Virus record (IMG/VR): IMGVR_UViG_3300021379_000005
Coordinates: 1 to 64,000 of that record
Source of the DNA: a virus
Lineage: Duplodnaviria; Caudoviricetes
Direction: 5' to 3' (one strand)
DNA: 64,000 bases
The position numbers were made by a program, and so were the translations under genes. Below, piece by piece: positions 36,801 through 46,600 of the stretch. Under the pieces are notes generated by a model, which did not search any database, had not been told where the DNA came from, and was given only the letters and a program-made list of their open reading frames with translations. The first letter of the stretch is position 1, and every line of letters starts with the position of its first letter.

Positions 36801-38803
36801 TCTAATGTAGAAGTTTCTATTACATCAACGGTTTCATCTTTTGCCTGATCTAGTGTTGATAGCGTTTCAATTGTTTCATCAGTTTCTGGTAAAATAAATG
36901 TTTCAGTTAAAGTTTCTTCCAAAAATTCTTGTATTACTGTTGAAAGACTTTCTCTGACCAATTCTTGGGTTATATTTTCTAATTGAATATTTTCTAAATC
37001 TAATAAAATATCTGGAGTTAAAAGACTTTGAATATCTTCTAAGTTTTGAATTTCTGCAGTTTTTAATTCTTCGGAATCACTTAATTCCGATAATACTTGA
37101 ATTAGAAAATCTGGAGTTATTTCTTCGGAAAAAGATTCTAATTGATTTGTTAAAATATTTTCTAGGTCAGAAAAGAGGTCTGATAGTTTTAATTCTTCGT
37201 TATCTGTTAATTCTTCTCTAACCTGTTCTAAAAGAGCCTGTTGAATAGTATCTGAAAATGTATCTGGTGTAGATGTTTCTGGAGAATCAGTAACGGTAAG
37301 TAATTCTTGTTCAGAAGTTTCTACAACCTCATCTTCCGCAAATGTGTCTGGTGTAGATGTTTCTACAACTTCATCTTCTGTAAATGTATCTGATGTGAAT
37401 GTTTCTGGAGAGTCTGTTACTGCCAACAACTCTTGTTCAGAAGTTTCTACAACCTCATCTTCTGCAAATGTATCTGGTGTAGATGTTTCTGGAGAATCAG
37501 TAACGGCAAGTAGTTCTTGTTCAGAAGTTTCAACCACATCTCCATCTACAAATGTTTGTTGTTCAGAAGTTTCTACAACCTCATCTTCTACAAATGTTTG
37601 TTGTTCAGAAGTTTCTACAACCTCATCTTCTACAAATGTTTCTTGTTCTGAAGTTTCTGGAGAATCAGTAACGGCAAGTAGTTCTTGGTCTGAAGTTTCT
37701 ACAACCTCATCTTCCGCAAATGTATCTGGTGTAGATGTTTCTGGAGAATCAGTAACAGCAAGTAGTTCTTGTTCAGAAATCTCTAAAACTTCATCTTCTA
37801 CAAATGTTTCTTGTTCTGAAGTTTCTGGAGAATCAGTAACGGCAAGTAGTTCTTGGTCTGAAGTTTCAACCACATCTCCATCTACAAATGTTTCTTGTTC
37901 TGAAGTTTCTGGAGAATCAGTAACGGCAAGTAGTTCTTGTTCAGAAGTCTCTAAAACCTCATCTTCTACAAATGTTTCTTGTATAGAAGTCTCTAAAGTT
38001 TCTTGAACCAATTCTTGCGTATAATCTTGAGATTCTTGTGTTTCTAAAACGCTATCAATCTCCGCATCCTTTGCGGTAATAACCTCTGTAATCTCCGCAC
38101 GCTCTTGGACTGTTGTTTCTACAATCTCAGTTTCAGAAGTTAAAATTGTATCTCTAAATTCTTCGAATTCTTGGGCAAGTAGAACCTCTAAATCGCCAAG
38201 GGCCTCTTGATATACTTCAGAAAAATTTTCTTGAATGAGTGTAGATAGTTGTTCTTTTACACTTTCAAAATCTACATCTCCAACATTTAATTGGTTTATG
38301 ATACTTTGGAATACAGTCGTATCAGAATCGGTTAATGTGGGAGATGTCGTATCAATCTTTTCAAGATCGTCATTAGTCGATGAAGTTGATCTATCTGTAT
38401 CAAAGTTTGCAACCTCTGGATCATTCAATTCAACAATATAATCTATTGTTGTACCATCTGCAATAATACTATATGTATTGGATTGATTTAGAGTTGGATT
38501 TTCTAATGATAATTGTAATACATCATTATTAGATATTGTTGTGCTTGTGCCTTGACTAGTGCCATTAACAAGAATCTCTCCAGCAGAAAATGACAATGTT
38601 ATAGAAGATGTAAGTCCAGAAACAAATACTATATTTGATAATACAGTAATATCCCAAGAAGTTGTTGTTGCATTATAAGTGTATGTAAGTCCATTTTGTT
38701 CAACAACTTGGCCATCAGATGGGGTATTGATTCCAACTGGAGAATCAATTCCAACCTTGACTTTTATTACATCGTTAAATAAAAATATATTTTCTACAGA
38801 CAT
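33812..38803 (-). CDS. Hyper-acidic D/E/T/S-rich repeat protein (1663 aa), putative virion appendage
   Basis: Long ORF almost devoid of K/R and aromatic residues in its distal two-thirds. N-terminal PSDGQ..NG.TYTYN....W fibre-type module; many 14- and 28-aa repeats. Confidence 0.82.
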   Translation of the reverse strand: MSVENIFLFNDVIKVKVGIDSPVGINTPSDGQVVEQNGLTYTYNATTTSWDITVLSNIVFVSGLTSSITLSFSAGEILVNGTSQGTSTTISNNDVLQLSLENPTLNQSNTYSIIADGTTIDYIVELNDPEVANFDTDRSTSSTNDDLEKIDTTSPTLTDSDTTVFQSIINQLNVGDVDFESVKEQLSTLIQENFSEVYQEALGDLEVLLAQEFEEFRDTILTSETEIVETTVQERAEITEVITAKDAEIDSVLETQESQDYTQELVQETLETSIQETFVEDEVLETSEQELLAVTDSPETSEQETFVDGDVVETSDQELLAVTDSPETSEQETFVEDEVLEISEQELLAVTDSPETSTPDTFAEDEVVETSDQELLAVTDSPETSEQETFVEDEVVETSEQQTFVEDEVVETSEQQTFVDGDVVETSEQELLAVTDSPETSTPDTFAEDEVVETSEQELLAVTDSPETFTSDTFTEDEVVETSTPDTFAEDEVVETSEQELLTVTDSPETSTPDTFSDTIQQALLEQVREELTDNEELKLSDLFSDLENILTNQLESFSEEITPDFLIQVLSELSDSEELKTAEIQNLEDIQSLLTPDILLDLENIQLENITQELVRESLSTVIQEFLEETLTETFILPETDETIETLSTLDQAKDETVDVIETSTLDSSEEQDVVEEVTADIDTTVETTEGVEQERTEESPEEQQLEEKLDAASETADSQDTTSDEQISVGSDGEVVEEDSADSTTSDTSVDDEVTETSVDDATVDDATDTTESPDATVDDATDTTESPDATIDDATDTTESPDATVDDATDTTESPDATIDDATDTTESSDAGVDDDTDATLSPSLDEEDESSETVSDGNVVSDSELEGVTDTETPEDASDETTTPSEVPEEDPITTETPDSEVEDEVQPVSDDASDVTDEQTVTETESDTPVDESGDTESDSDTSADQQIETITDTDTSVDESGDTESDSDTSADQQETTNVGDDGLDDDSDATSSADETSDDDSTLSVTDDTASEDDSTTSVTDDAETEDDGTTTVVDTETSDDDSTTSVTDDTDVEDDPTTSVTDDTASEDDSTTSVTDDNQTTDELNEPVIDSEEPNDENDGIEVDVDDRDDENQPPVSDIDETTDDTTSVETETDATEDDTTSVEPSIDETEDDTTSVEPSVDETEDDTTSVEPSVDETEDETDTTEDGADETTDESGQPTSEDDTVDDQTDTTEDGTDVTTDQPSDTKGEDDTVSDETDTTEDGTDVTTDESGDSTSEDDTVSDETDTTEDGTDVTTDESGDSTSEDDAVEDTDAGVGGEQDVVDDATDTSTSDDETVGDDTDTTESSGDDTVDDTDSVPSTDEDGVDDTDSVPSTDEDGVDDTDSVPSTDEDGEDDTTPPVTDGNDTDNEEVPTGSDDEVPEDQPGVPPGEEDDFETDPSVRVSDGEGQTDQDGADETLDDTQEDDTTPAVDDEDTTEDVSEPSITDTDDTEDVSDPPVTDEDVAEDVSEPPVTDTDDTEDVSQPPVTDTDDTEDVSQPPVSDEDDTPDVSEPPVIPDEETDDDGQPPVIQDEETDDDSQPPVIPSEEPDDDSQPPVIPSEEPDDDPPVPPTNDEEIDEDAPSNPPSQDDGTRELGTIVMRDGEIKLYVLTPVLSANKYIGPFVDRELGNRFFS
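34010..37990 (-). repeat. Series of 42-nt/84-nt tandem coding repeats
   Basis: Examples: DATVDDATDTTESP about 5 times (36310-36525), DDTDSVPSTDEDGV 3 times (34665-34785), EDDTTSVEPSVDET 3 times (35250-35420), TFVEDEVVETSEQQ / ELLAVTDSPETSEQ (37260-37990). Confidence 0.9.
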
Positions 38804-38816
38804 TTTTCTTTGGTAT

Positions 38817-38844
38817 AAAAAAAGGGGAGACTTTATGTCTCCCC
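38817..38844 (-). terminator. Rho-independent terminator after 38878-43587
   Basis: - strand GGGGAGAC-ATAAA-GTCTCCCC (perfect 8-bp stem) followed by T7. Confidence 0.88.
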
Positions 38845-38877
38845 TATATTTATGATAATTTTATCAATCTTTAGAAA

Positions 38878-41800
38878 TTATGAACCAAAGTTTACATAAT
38901 TCCCTTTCCAAGAAGAACCAACATTCTTAGTGAATGTGACTGCTCCTGCAGCAAGCGTTCCTACAGTAGAACCACTACTTCTGACAGTAATGGAACCGGC
39001 ACTAGAAGAAACTTCAGTCACTGTGAGTGTAATCGTATCACCTTCTACTGTAGTTACTGATGCAGTAGCACCTACTAAAATCTCAGAAGAGATACTAGTG
39101 ACAGTCACACCAGAAATTGTGGTTGTACCGACATTAATTGATGTATCATCGGCAGTAACTAAATCACCTGAGCGTTCACCATCATCGAATGTATAGTCTA
39201 CTCCTCCAAGAGTTTCAATAGCACCGTTAACAGCACCTGTTGGGAAGTTATCAGAAATTCCCCTTACATCTCTTGGTGTGTAGTCACTATATGATGGTCT
39301 GATTGGGCCACCTCTTGTTAAGAGGAAGATTCTCATACCGTTACCAAATGGTTTAGTAGACATCATACCCACATAAGTTCTATGTGTTGAGTTTTCTGTT
39401 GTGTCAAATGCATCAGTTGTTCCATCCGACTGTTTCACATTGTGCCAGAAATACTCTCTTCTGAAGTTGAGTGGATCAGCATTAGAAGATGTAGATGCAG
39501 TACCACCTTGTGGACTTAATGTACTAACATGTTGTCCGTCAAGGTCATATTTAGTTGCAGATGTCTTAATAATACCACCTTGAGTAGAACTATCCGCACC
39601 AGCGATACAGATCAAGTCTGCTTCTGCGTCACTATAGATAAATCTTTGTGATGCAAGTGGTGTTGGGAAGTTAAAGATAACAGTTTTATCCTGTGTAATC
39701 GATAACTGTTCAACAGGGTTAATACATGCAGGACTGTCAACCTGTGGTGTAACAGCAGAGACATGATAATCCCATGGTTTGAACACATCGTTTTCACGAA
39801 CAATAAATCTGTAGATACCTTTTGCAACTTTGTGAATATCGTTCCAGATTGCAGGAATATCTCTGTCTTCTGGAAGTTTAATCAAGTAAGTTGATCTACC
39901 AGTATCTCTTTCTTCCACATCATTATAGTTTTCATATGAAATCTTAACAACTGTGGCAAACTCTAGAGGTTCGTTAAACTTAACTTTATCTGTTGTCAAT
40001 GAATATGCATACATTGGTTTTTGAACACCAAAGTATTCTGTAGAACCACCAGTCGTACCAAATTCAATATTACCATTCGCATCGAATTGATAATTTTGTC
40101 CTTGAACCGCAGCATCTGCCTCTTGTCCATCAACAAATACTTTAAGTCTGTTAACTTCAAAGAGTGGGTTAGATGCAGTACCGTATCTACCAAAGAAGTT
40201 GGTATACTCGTTATTAAATCCAGCACCTTCCCATGCATACTCGTAGATGAATTGGTCATCTTCTGGCATAGTATCGATTACAGAAAGAACTCTAAATCCA
40301 AATCCTGCAGTTTGTGCAGTTGCGGTTGTAAGTTCATCTCCAACCTTTACATCACCAGTAGAACCAGTTCCATCTAGTACAATAAAGTCTTGTCCAATAC
40401 CACCAGTTGCACCAGTTTGGATTGCAGTACCAGCAGCATCAAGTGCAAGTTTGTGTCCAACGGCATTTCCACCAAATGATGAACCACTAACAGGAACTAG
40501 TGTTAAGTCTGAAATACCACCTACTGCACCAGCAAACTGTCCTGCAGTTCCAAGAAGAGGATTCGCACCTGTACCAGTTGTTGCACCAATATCTAGGTTA
40601 TCAATGAAAAGAACTCTACGTCTTCTCTTTGCAACAAGTTGTTTTGCAGCAACAGATGTTGGTGTAAAGATTGCAACTGTTGAACTGATTGGAAGTTCTC
40701 TTGCTTGTCCGTTTGCATCAGTCGCAGGCGCAACTTCAGTTTTACTTACAAACTGGAAGTCATCATTGTAGTCCAAGAAAGTATCAACACCATCAGAACT
40801 TCTGTGACGAACTCTATATGTACGCAAACCTAACTGAGCAGGGCCCTGCATTTGTGTTCTTGCAACAGAGAAGTTTTTCAAACCTTCACCAGTTGCATCA
40901 TTAATTAATGTCCAAGAAGACGGAGCACCATTAGTATCTGCGATATCATATCTTGAACCTGCACCAGTACCATTTTCAAAACCAGTAATATAGTCACCTA
41001 CTGGAACAAATGAACTACCATATGCAGAACCAAAATTCAGTGCAAACGCATCTCTGTCTGCGGAAGTAATATTACTTTGGACAACTGCAAGTTCTGCAGT
41101 ACCCAATCCACGGTCGGTGGGGCCCGCCTGGAAGTTTGCGGCATTAATCTCTGGGAATTTATAGTAGTCGTTAACAACTGTAAATCCAGTTGCGGAATCT
41201 GTTCCTAACGCACCATGATCGGCAAGTGGAACGTTTGCAGTAGAAGAAGTGTTCAGATATGAAAGTCCTCTACCGTATGCTTCTGGGATAAATGCAACAG
41301 GTCTTGAGTCAGTAGGAATTGTTACATTCACTGGAAGTCCCGGCTTCAGTTTTCTACCGTTTACATCAAAGATTTCCAATTCATCCAATGACTTAGATGT
41401 GACTGTCGTTGCACCAGTAGTTGTATCCAACTCTTCACTAACCTCTGCAAAGAAACCGATATTAAAATCTGATGTTTCTTCTGGTCTAGAAGATGGAGAA
41501 TACAAGCAGTGAACTGGAGACTTACCATCTTCGAATTCAATTTTACCAGAAATGTTATTAACATGTCTTTGAACAACAAACCATGCATAATCGTCATCTT
41601 GGTCAACAGAGGCCTGATCGAATACAAAAAGTCCAGTACCGTGGTCAGTACAAGTCAAACGGAATGCGATTGGATATGTTGGTTCTGTATCATCTGTAGT
41701 CTTACCTTGTCTACGGAAGAATCCAGATTTTGCTTTGTTACTATCATTTGAGAAGTTATAGTAAATTTCACTAAGTTCTCCAGGCTGTCTGTAAACTGCC

Positions 41801-43587
41801 TGTTTGATACCGTCACGACCTTGTCCTTTTGAAAGGTCTCCATTATCTTTAATTTGCAATGCAGTAGCAACATTTACATAAAGATACTCGTCTCTAGTGT
41901 CATAGAAGAAACGCATTCTCCACTTCTGTGGTTTACGAGCATCTTTAACTGGCTGAGTCAATGAAACTGAAGTTGGAATCGCATCTGTAGCACTATTAAT
42001 TTCTTTCTTGGATGAAAGTAAGTCTGTACCTTTTTCCGATTCAACAACAAACATATCACCAATTCTTTTAATCGATGACATCACATTTCTGTGGTTCTGT
42101 TGTCCGTTATTTCCAACAGGGATTGCTGTATTACTATCAGAGTCTACAAAAGGATAAACGATATTATATGGTTGTGCTTCGAAATCGGATACAGGAATTG
42201 CGAGTCTCCATTTTCCTGTTGCATATGATTTATCTCCTGCAACCATACCAGTAATTGGTTCACCATCGGTTGCATCTTCATATGTAAATGGATTACTTTC
42301 TTCATTATTTGTACTTGTCATTTCAAGAGTTGCAACATATGGATTTAATGTATGTCCATCACCAGAAACTCTAAGAATTGCAGTACCAGAACCATTTACT
42401 TCGATAATTCTCTTACCATCATCTGCAGCAGTAAAACCGTCCTGATCGGTTACACCAAATTGCACACCAGCATCGTCATAAAGTTCTACAATTGCACCAT
42501 CAACTGCACCACCCTTAATTACAAGAGATGCAGACCTTTGAGGAACACTAGAAAACGCAGAACTATAGTAGTTGCCATATGGGTGTAAACATAAATCTTT
42601 TGCAAGAGTTCTTAAGAAACCGTCACTTGCAGAAGGATCTTTGTCAGTATCGATGAAGTATTCTAAAAGAACTGTATCACCAACTTGAAAAGACTCACTT
42701 CTCCATGTTACTGTCCCATAATCAAATGCAAGTTGGGTTGATGTTGTCACTGCTTCTACAGTGATTACCAAATCACTCCCACCATCGTTTCCAAGTTCTG
42801 TGTTTGGAATAGTAATAGTATCGCCAATTGTATAAGTTTCACCGAACTCCAAAGGAACAACTTTTGTTACTGTACCGCCGGCATCAACATATACTTGGAA
42901 TTTTGCACCACTCCCAGCAACAGAATCTGTAGTTGTTGTTGCAACATAATAGACGCCTGGTCTATGTCCTGTTTGTCCACTAGTGATGTTTACGGAAGTA
43001 AGTGCGCCAATACCTTCAAAGAACGAAACATAAAACTGTCCTTCATCTGGACTTTCATCAATTTTTGCACTTAAAGTTTGTGCAGCAGCTGCATCGTAAT
43101 TGTTACCAGAAGAAACAATATCAACCGAAACAATTCTACCAGAATTATCAGAAGTTGCAGTTACAACTGCAGGAGTTAATGTTCCACTTGTTGGTTCGCC
43201 ACCTCTAATATTTACATTAAAAGTTGTATTTGGTGCATAACCAAAACCACCATCAAGAACGTTGATAGATTGAATTGCACCGTTTGCATCTAATTGAATT
43301 GAACCAAGAACAGAAGGAAGATTTCCGTTTCTATATGTTTGTTTTAATGGGCGGGTAACAGTCGTAACAGTACCACCAACAAACACTCTTCTCTGTGAAG
43401 ATAATGCGTATGGTGCGATTCTGTCAAATTCGTGTTGCGCCGGTTTTGAAAGCCTTGTATATGTCTGATTGAAACTATTCAAAAATTCGAACTTCTGTGC
43501 GTATTTCTGCTGTTGCATAGATACCATTTCGTTTCTTTGAATAGAAAATCCACCAGAAAGGAACTCTGTCGATAATGCAGTAGTCAT
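38878..43587 (-). CDS. Large virion structural protein, paralogue family member 3, probably the most abundant (1569 aa)
   Basis: Family blocks as above; V..GG.GY-type beta-repeat inserts; AAGGAG RBS; two upstream late promoters and its own terminator. Confidence 0.85.
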   Translation of the reverse strand: MTTALSTEFLSGGFSIQRNEMVSMQQQKYAQKFEFLNSFNQTYTRLSKPAQHEFDRIAPYALSSQRRVFVGGTVTTVTRPLKQTYRNGNLPSVLGSIQLDANGAIQSINVLDGGFGYAPNTTFNVNIRGGEPTSGTLTPAVVTATSDNSGRIVSVDIVSSGNNYDAAAAQTLSAKIDESPDEGQFYVSFFEGIGALTSVNITSGQTGHRPGVYYVATTTTDSVAGSGAKFQVYVDAGGTVTKVVPLEFGETYTIGDTITIPNTELGNDGGSDLVITVEAVTTSTQLAFDYGTVTWRSESFQVGDTVLLEYFIDTDKDPSASDGFLRTLAKDLCLHPYGNYYSSAFSSVPQRSASLVIKGGAVDGAIVELYDDAGVQFGVTDQDGFTAADDGKRIIEVNGSGTAILRVSGDGHTLNPYVATLEMTSTNNEESNPFTYEDATDGEPITGMVAGDKSYATGKWRLAIPVSDFEAQPYNIVYPFVDSDSNTAIPVGNNGQQNHRNVMSSIKRIGDMFVVESEKGTDLLSSKKEINSATDAIPTSVSLTQPVKDARKPQKWRMRFFYDTRDEYLYVNVATALQIKDNGDLSKGQGRDGIKQAVYRQPGELSEIYYNFSNDSNKAKSGFFRRQGKTTDDTEPTYPIAFRLTCTDHGTGLFVFDQASVDQDDDYAWFVVQRHVNNISGKIEFEDGKSPVHCLYSPSSRPEETSDFNIGFFAEVSEELDTTTGATTVTSKSLDELEIFDVNGRKLKPGLPVNVTIPTDSRPVAFIPEAYGRGLSYLNTSSTANVPLADHGALGTDSATGFTVVNDYYKFPEINAANFQAGPTDRGLGTAELAVVQSNITSADRDAFALNFGSAYGSSFVPVGDYITGFENGTGAGSRYDIADTNGAPSSWTLINDATGEGLKNFSVARTQMQGPAQLGLRTYRVRHRSSDGVDTFLDYNDDFQFVSKTEVAPATDANGQARELPISSTVAIFTPTSVAAKQLVAKRRRRVLFIDNLDIGATTGTGANPLLGTAGQFAGAVGGISDLTLVPVSGSSFGGNAVGHKLALDAAGTAIQTGATGGIGQDFIVLDGTGSTGDVKVGDELTTATAQTAGFGFRVLSVIDTMPEDDQFIYEYAWEGAGFNNEYTNFFGRYGTASNPLFEVNRLKVFVDGQEADAAVQGQNYQFDANGNIEFGTTGGSTEYFGVQKPMYAYSLTTDKVKFNEPLEFATVVKISYENYNDVEERDTGRSTYLIKLPEDRDIPAIWNDIHKVAKGIYRFIVRENDVFKPWDYHVSAVTPQVDSPACINPVEQLSITQDKTVIFNFPTPLASQRFIYSDAEADLICIAGADSSTQGGIIKTSATKYDLDGQHVSTLSPQGGTASTSSNADPLNFRREYFWHNVKQSDGTTDAFDTTENSTHRTYVGMMSTKPFGNGMRIFLLTRGGPIRPSYSDYTPRDVRGISDNFPTGAVNGAIETLGGVDYTFDDGERSGDLVTADDTSINVGTTTISGVTVTSISSEILVGATASVTTVEGDTITLTVTEVSSSAGSITVRSSGSTVGTLAAGAVTFTKNVGSSWKGNYVNFGS

Positions 43588-43618
43588 CTAATAATTCTCC
43601 TTTGAATGTTTTTTCTTA

Positions 43619-43652
43619 TATTTATAACTTTAAAGTGTTTCAAGTATTTATA
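43619..43652 (-). promoter_or_regulatory. Tandem T4-type late promoters (43619-43626 and 43645-43652)
   Basis: Two exact TATAAATA motifs 26 nt apart in one intergenic gap. Confidence 0.8.
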
Positions 43653-43681
43653 CCCAGTTTATGTAATTATTTTATTTTATT

Positions 43682-46600
43682 TTAACTTCCTAGTGTCGAC
43701 CCAGGCGCTGTTCCAGGCGTTACATCACTGTATCTAATACTAGAACCAGTAACTTGCATAAACACTCTCATACCATTTCCATTCGGTAATGTTGCAGACA
43801 TTCCTTCATACTTTCTGGCATTTTTTCTCCAAATATACTTAACCCCATCGGGGCCTTCATGTCCTGCATATCTTGTAACTTCATTAGGAGAAGTTGAAGA
43901 AATTGAGGCAGGAACAAAAGAACCACCTCTAAATTCTTCGTTTACTCCATCCGAATCATCATATTTGTTTATTTCTACATGTCCTGACTGAGTTGAGAAA
44001 TCTGCAGAAGAAATACAAATAATATCAAGTTCACTTTGTGGATAATAGAATCTTTGAGTTGTTATCTGAGTTGGGAACGAGAAAACAAAATTTCTATCTT
44101 GTGTGATAGAAAGTTGTTCCATCGGATTGATAACAGCATGAGAATCAATTTCGTGCATTGTTGCAGAAACGTGGAAATCCCATGGTTTTAATACATCTTG
44201 TTCTCTAACAACAAATCTATTGATTGTTTTTACTTCATTCATGTTTCTTTCTGGGAAATCTCTATCCTCTGGAATAGTTATGATGTATGCACCCTGAGCA
44301 GGATTTGAAGTAACATAATTTATCAAAGAAATTGTCAATTCTGAACCCGATCTTGGAGCAACTTTGAAATAAAATGTATGATTGAAGAAATCGTACATAT
44401 ATTCATTTCTCAAAGTATTTGGTGAGGAGAATACAGGGTCACCAGGCAACTTATTTTGCAATAGATAATTACCTGTTGTCGTAACTGCTTGTGCAGTAGT
44501 CAAACTAAAAGTTGGCGATGATGGATTTGATGCATGTTGCGAGAAAAAGTTTCTTCCAGTTGAATTATTTGAAGTTCCCGAATCAATTGTATATGGAGTT
44601 GTAAGCGTAATTTGACTATTATTCCACTCAACAGAGTTACCATCTACAGATGGGAATTTAAAGTCTGTACCAAGCGTGTCAACCCCTGCGGCGTCTAGAG
44701 ATTCAATAAATCTTTGAACTGTACTTGGGTCGCCATTGTTAACCCAATCTTCATACGTTAAAATATATGCATTACTATCTCTAATTACCTCAACATCATC
44801 CAATGCAACAACCAAAGATTCAAAAACTTTGTCCATATTCCCGACAGGAGAGCCAAATAGAATATCAAGTAATGCAGAATCCGCTTCTTTATAATCAACC
44901 AAACCAACAGATTCTGTTGCAGCAGGAACACCTGTTCCACTTTGAGATGCATCTTTAAATGTAGACATTCTTTCAATAATGTTTTGTGGAAACGCAATAT
45001 TTTCGGAGAATGAAATTCCTGCAGTGTTTCCAAGAACATAATTAGCCGAAATAGGAGTAGTTGCAGTTAACAAAGAACCACTTCTGTCATAATGTTCTAA
45101 TACTGGAGATCCTCCACCAACCGTGACTTGTTCAAGAGCAGCGGGAGATGCGGAAGCCCCAGCAGCAAGTGAGACATCTTTTCTTCTTGGTAATGAGTTA
45201 AAACCTTGAATTTGAAGGTCAAATACTGGGTCAAGTATCTGTTCTGCCCATGTTGAACCAGAAAGTCCATCGGTTGGTACAATAATCCACTGTGGTGATC
45301 CTGATGGATTTACTGTAAAGTCTACCATAACATCACCAGAACTAGATGTTCCTTCTTCAATGGTTCCCTGTGCAGGGACAATTGGAGGGCCAGCAGCATA
45401 TGTCTGTGTTGTTCCAACAATATTTGCAGCAGACCAACCACTAACAAGTAGTTCGCCATTTGAAGAATTGTATGAAACAATACGTCCACCACCTGTTTGT
45501 GCATCAGATTCCAGAATATATTTACCAGGCGTCAAAGTTTCCCCTGCGATTGCGCCAGGCGAGTTTGTAACATCCACTTGCAGTCTGTATAGTGTTTGTC
45601 CCCAAAGATTTTGATTTTCTGACATCGCATTACTAGAAAAACCTCTAGTTAAATCTACTCTTATATCGGTGTGATATAATTGTCCAAGTGAGTTTTGTGT
45701 ATTACCACCAGTTGCGTATCCAAGTGCAGTAAAGTCAATAGCATTGACAATGCCATTGAATAGTCCACCATCTCTGTTAACATAGATAGTTGGTGCTTCT
45801 GATCTGAAAACTTGTCCAAGTGAGTTTTGAATTGGGGCAGGTTTACTCAAATCATCCAAATCTTGTGATGCAAAATATGGTGTCAAACTAGAAACATCTA
45901 CAGGACGTTTGCATGGTGAATATACACAATGCACTGGAGATTTTTCTGTAAACTCTGGTTGGCCAGTTGTTTGGTCAACATGTCTCTGTACTACTAACCA
46001 TGCATAATCATCATCTTGATCTACTGATGCATGGTCAAATAAGAAAAGTCCCAAACCATGGTTTGTAACCGTAAGTCTATAAGACATTGGATATGTTGTT
46101 GAGATTGAGTCTTCTACTTGAGTTTTTCTAAACCACTGTGATTTTGCCTTACTCATTTGTAAGATTGCACCTCTACCGACCATTGGAGAGGTATATACAT
46201 CGCACAATTCGCCGGGCTCTCTATAGACAGGATTTTTAATACCATCACGGCCTTGTGGTTGTGAAATCGTAAAGTCATCTTGCAATTGATAAGCAGTTGC
46301 AACATTTACTTTTAAGTATTTTTCATCATCATTCCACTCAAATCTCATTCTCCACTTCTGTGGTTTTCTGACTGCAGAAGGAGAGAGACTTGATGCAAAA
46401 CTTAAGTTTGTATCTGATAATAAATCGACACCTTTGTTAGACTCAACTAAGAATCCATTTGTAATTCTTCTCAATGCATCTTTAACATCTTCTTTATCGT
46501 TACTAACTGGAGTAGGATATATCAAATCGAATGGTCTTTGGAAGTTATCATTTTCTTGGAATGTAAGCATCCAAGATGTGCCTTCTTCTGTACTTGCCAA

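Noticed and set aside
34374-38006. Long + strand Ser/Val-rich ORFs (34374-35114, 36006-36848, 37344-38006)
   Set aside because: They are antisense shadows of the GAN/ACN-rich acidic repeat gene, with no RBS or promoter and opposite to the uniform - strand transcription.
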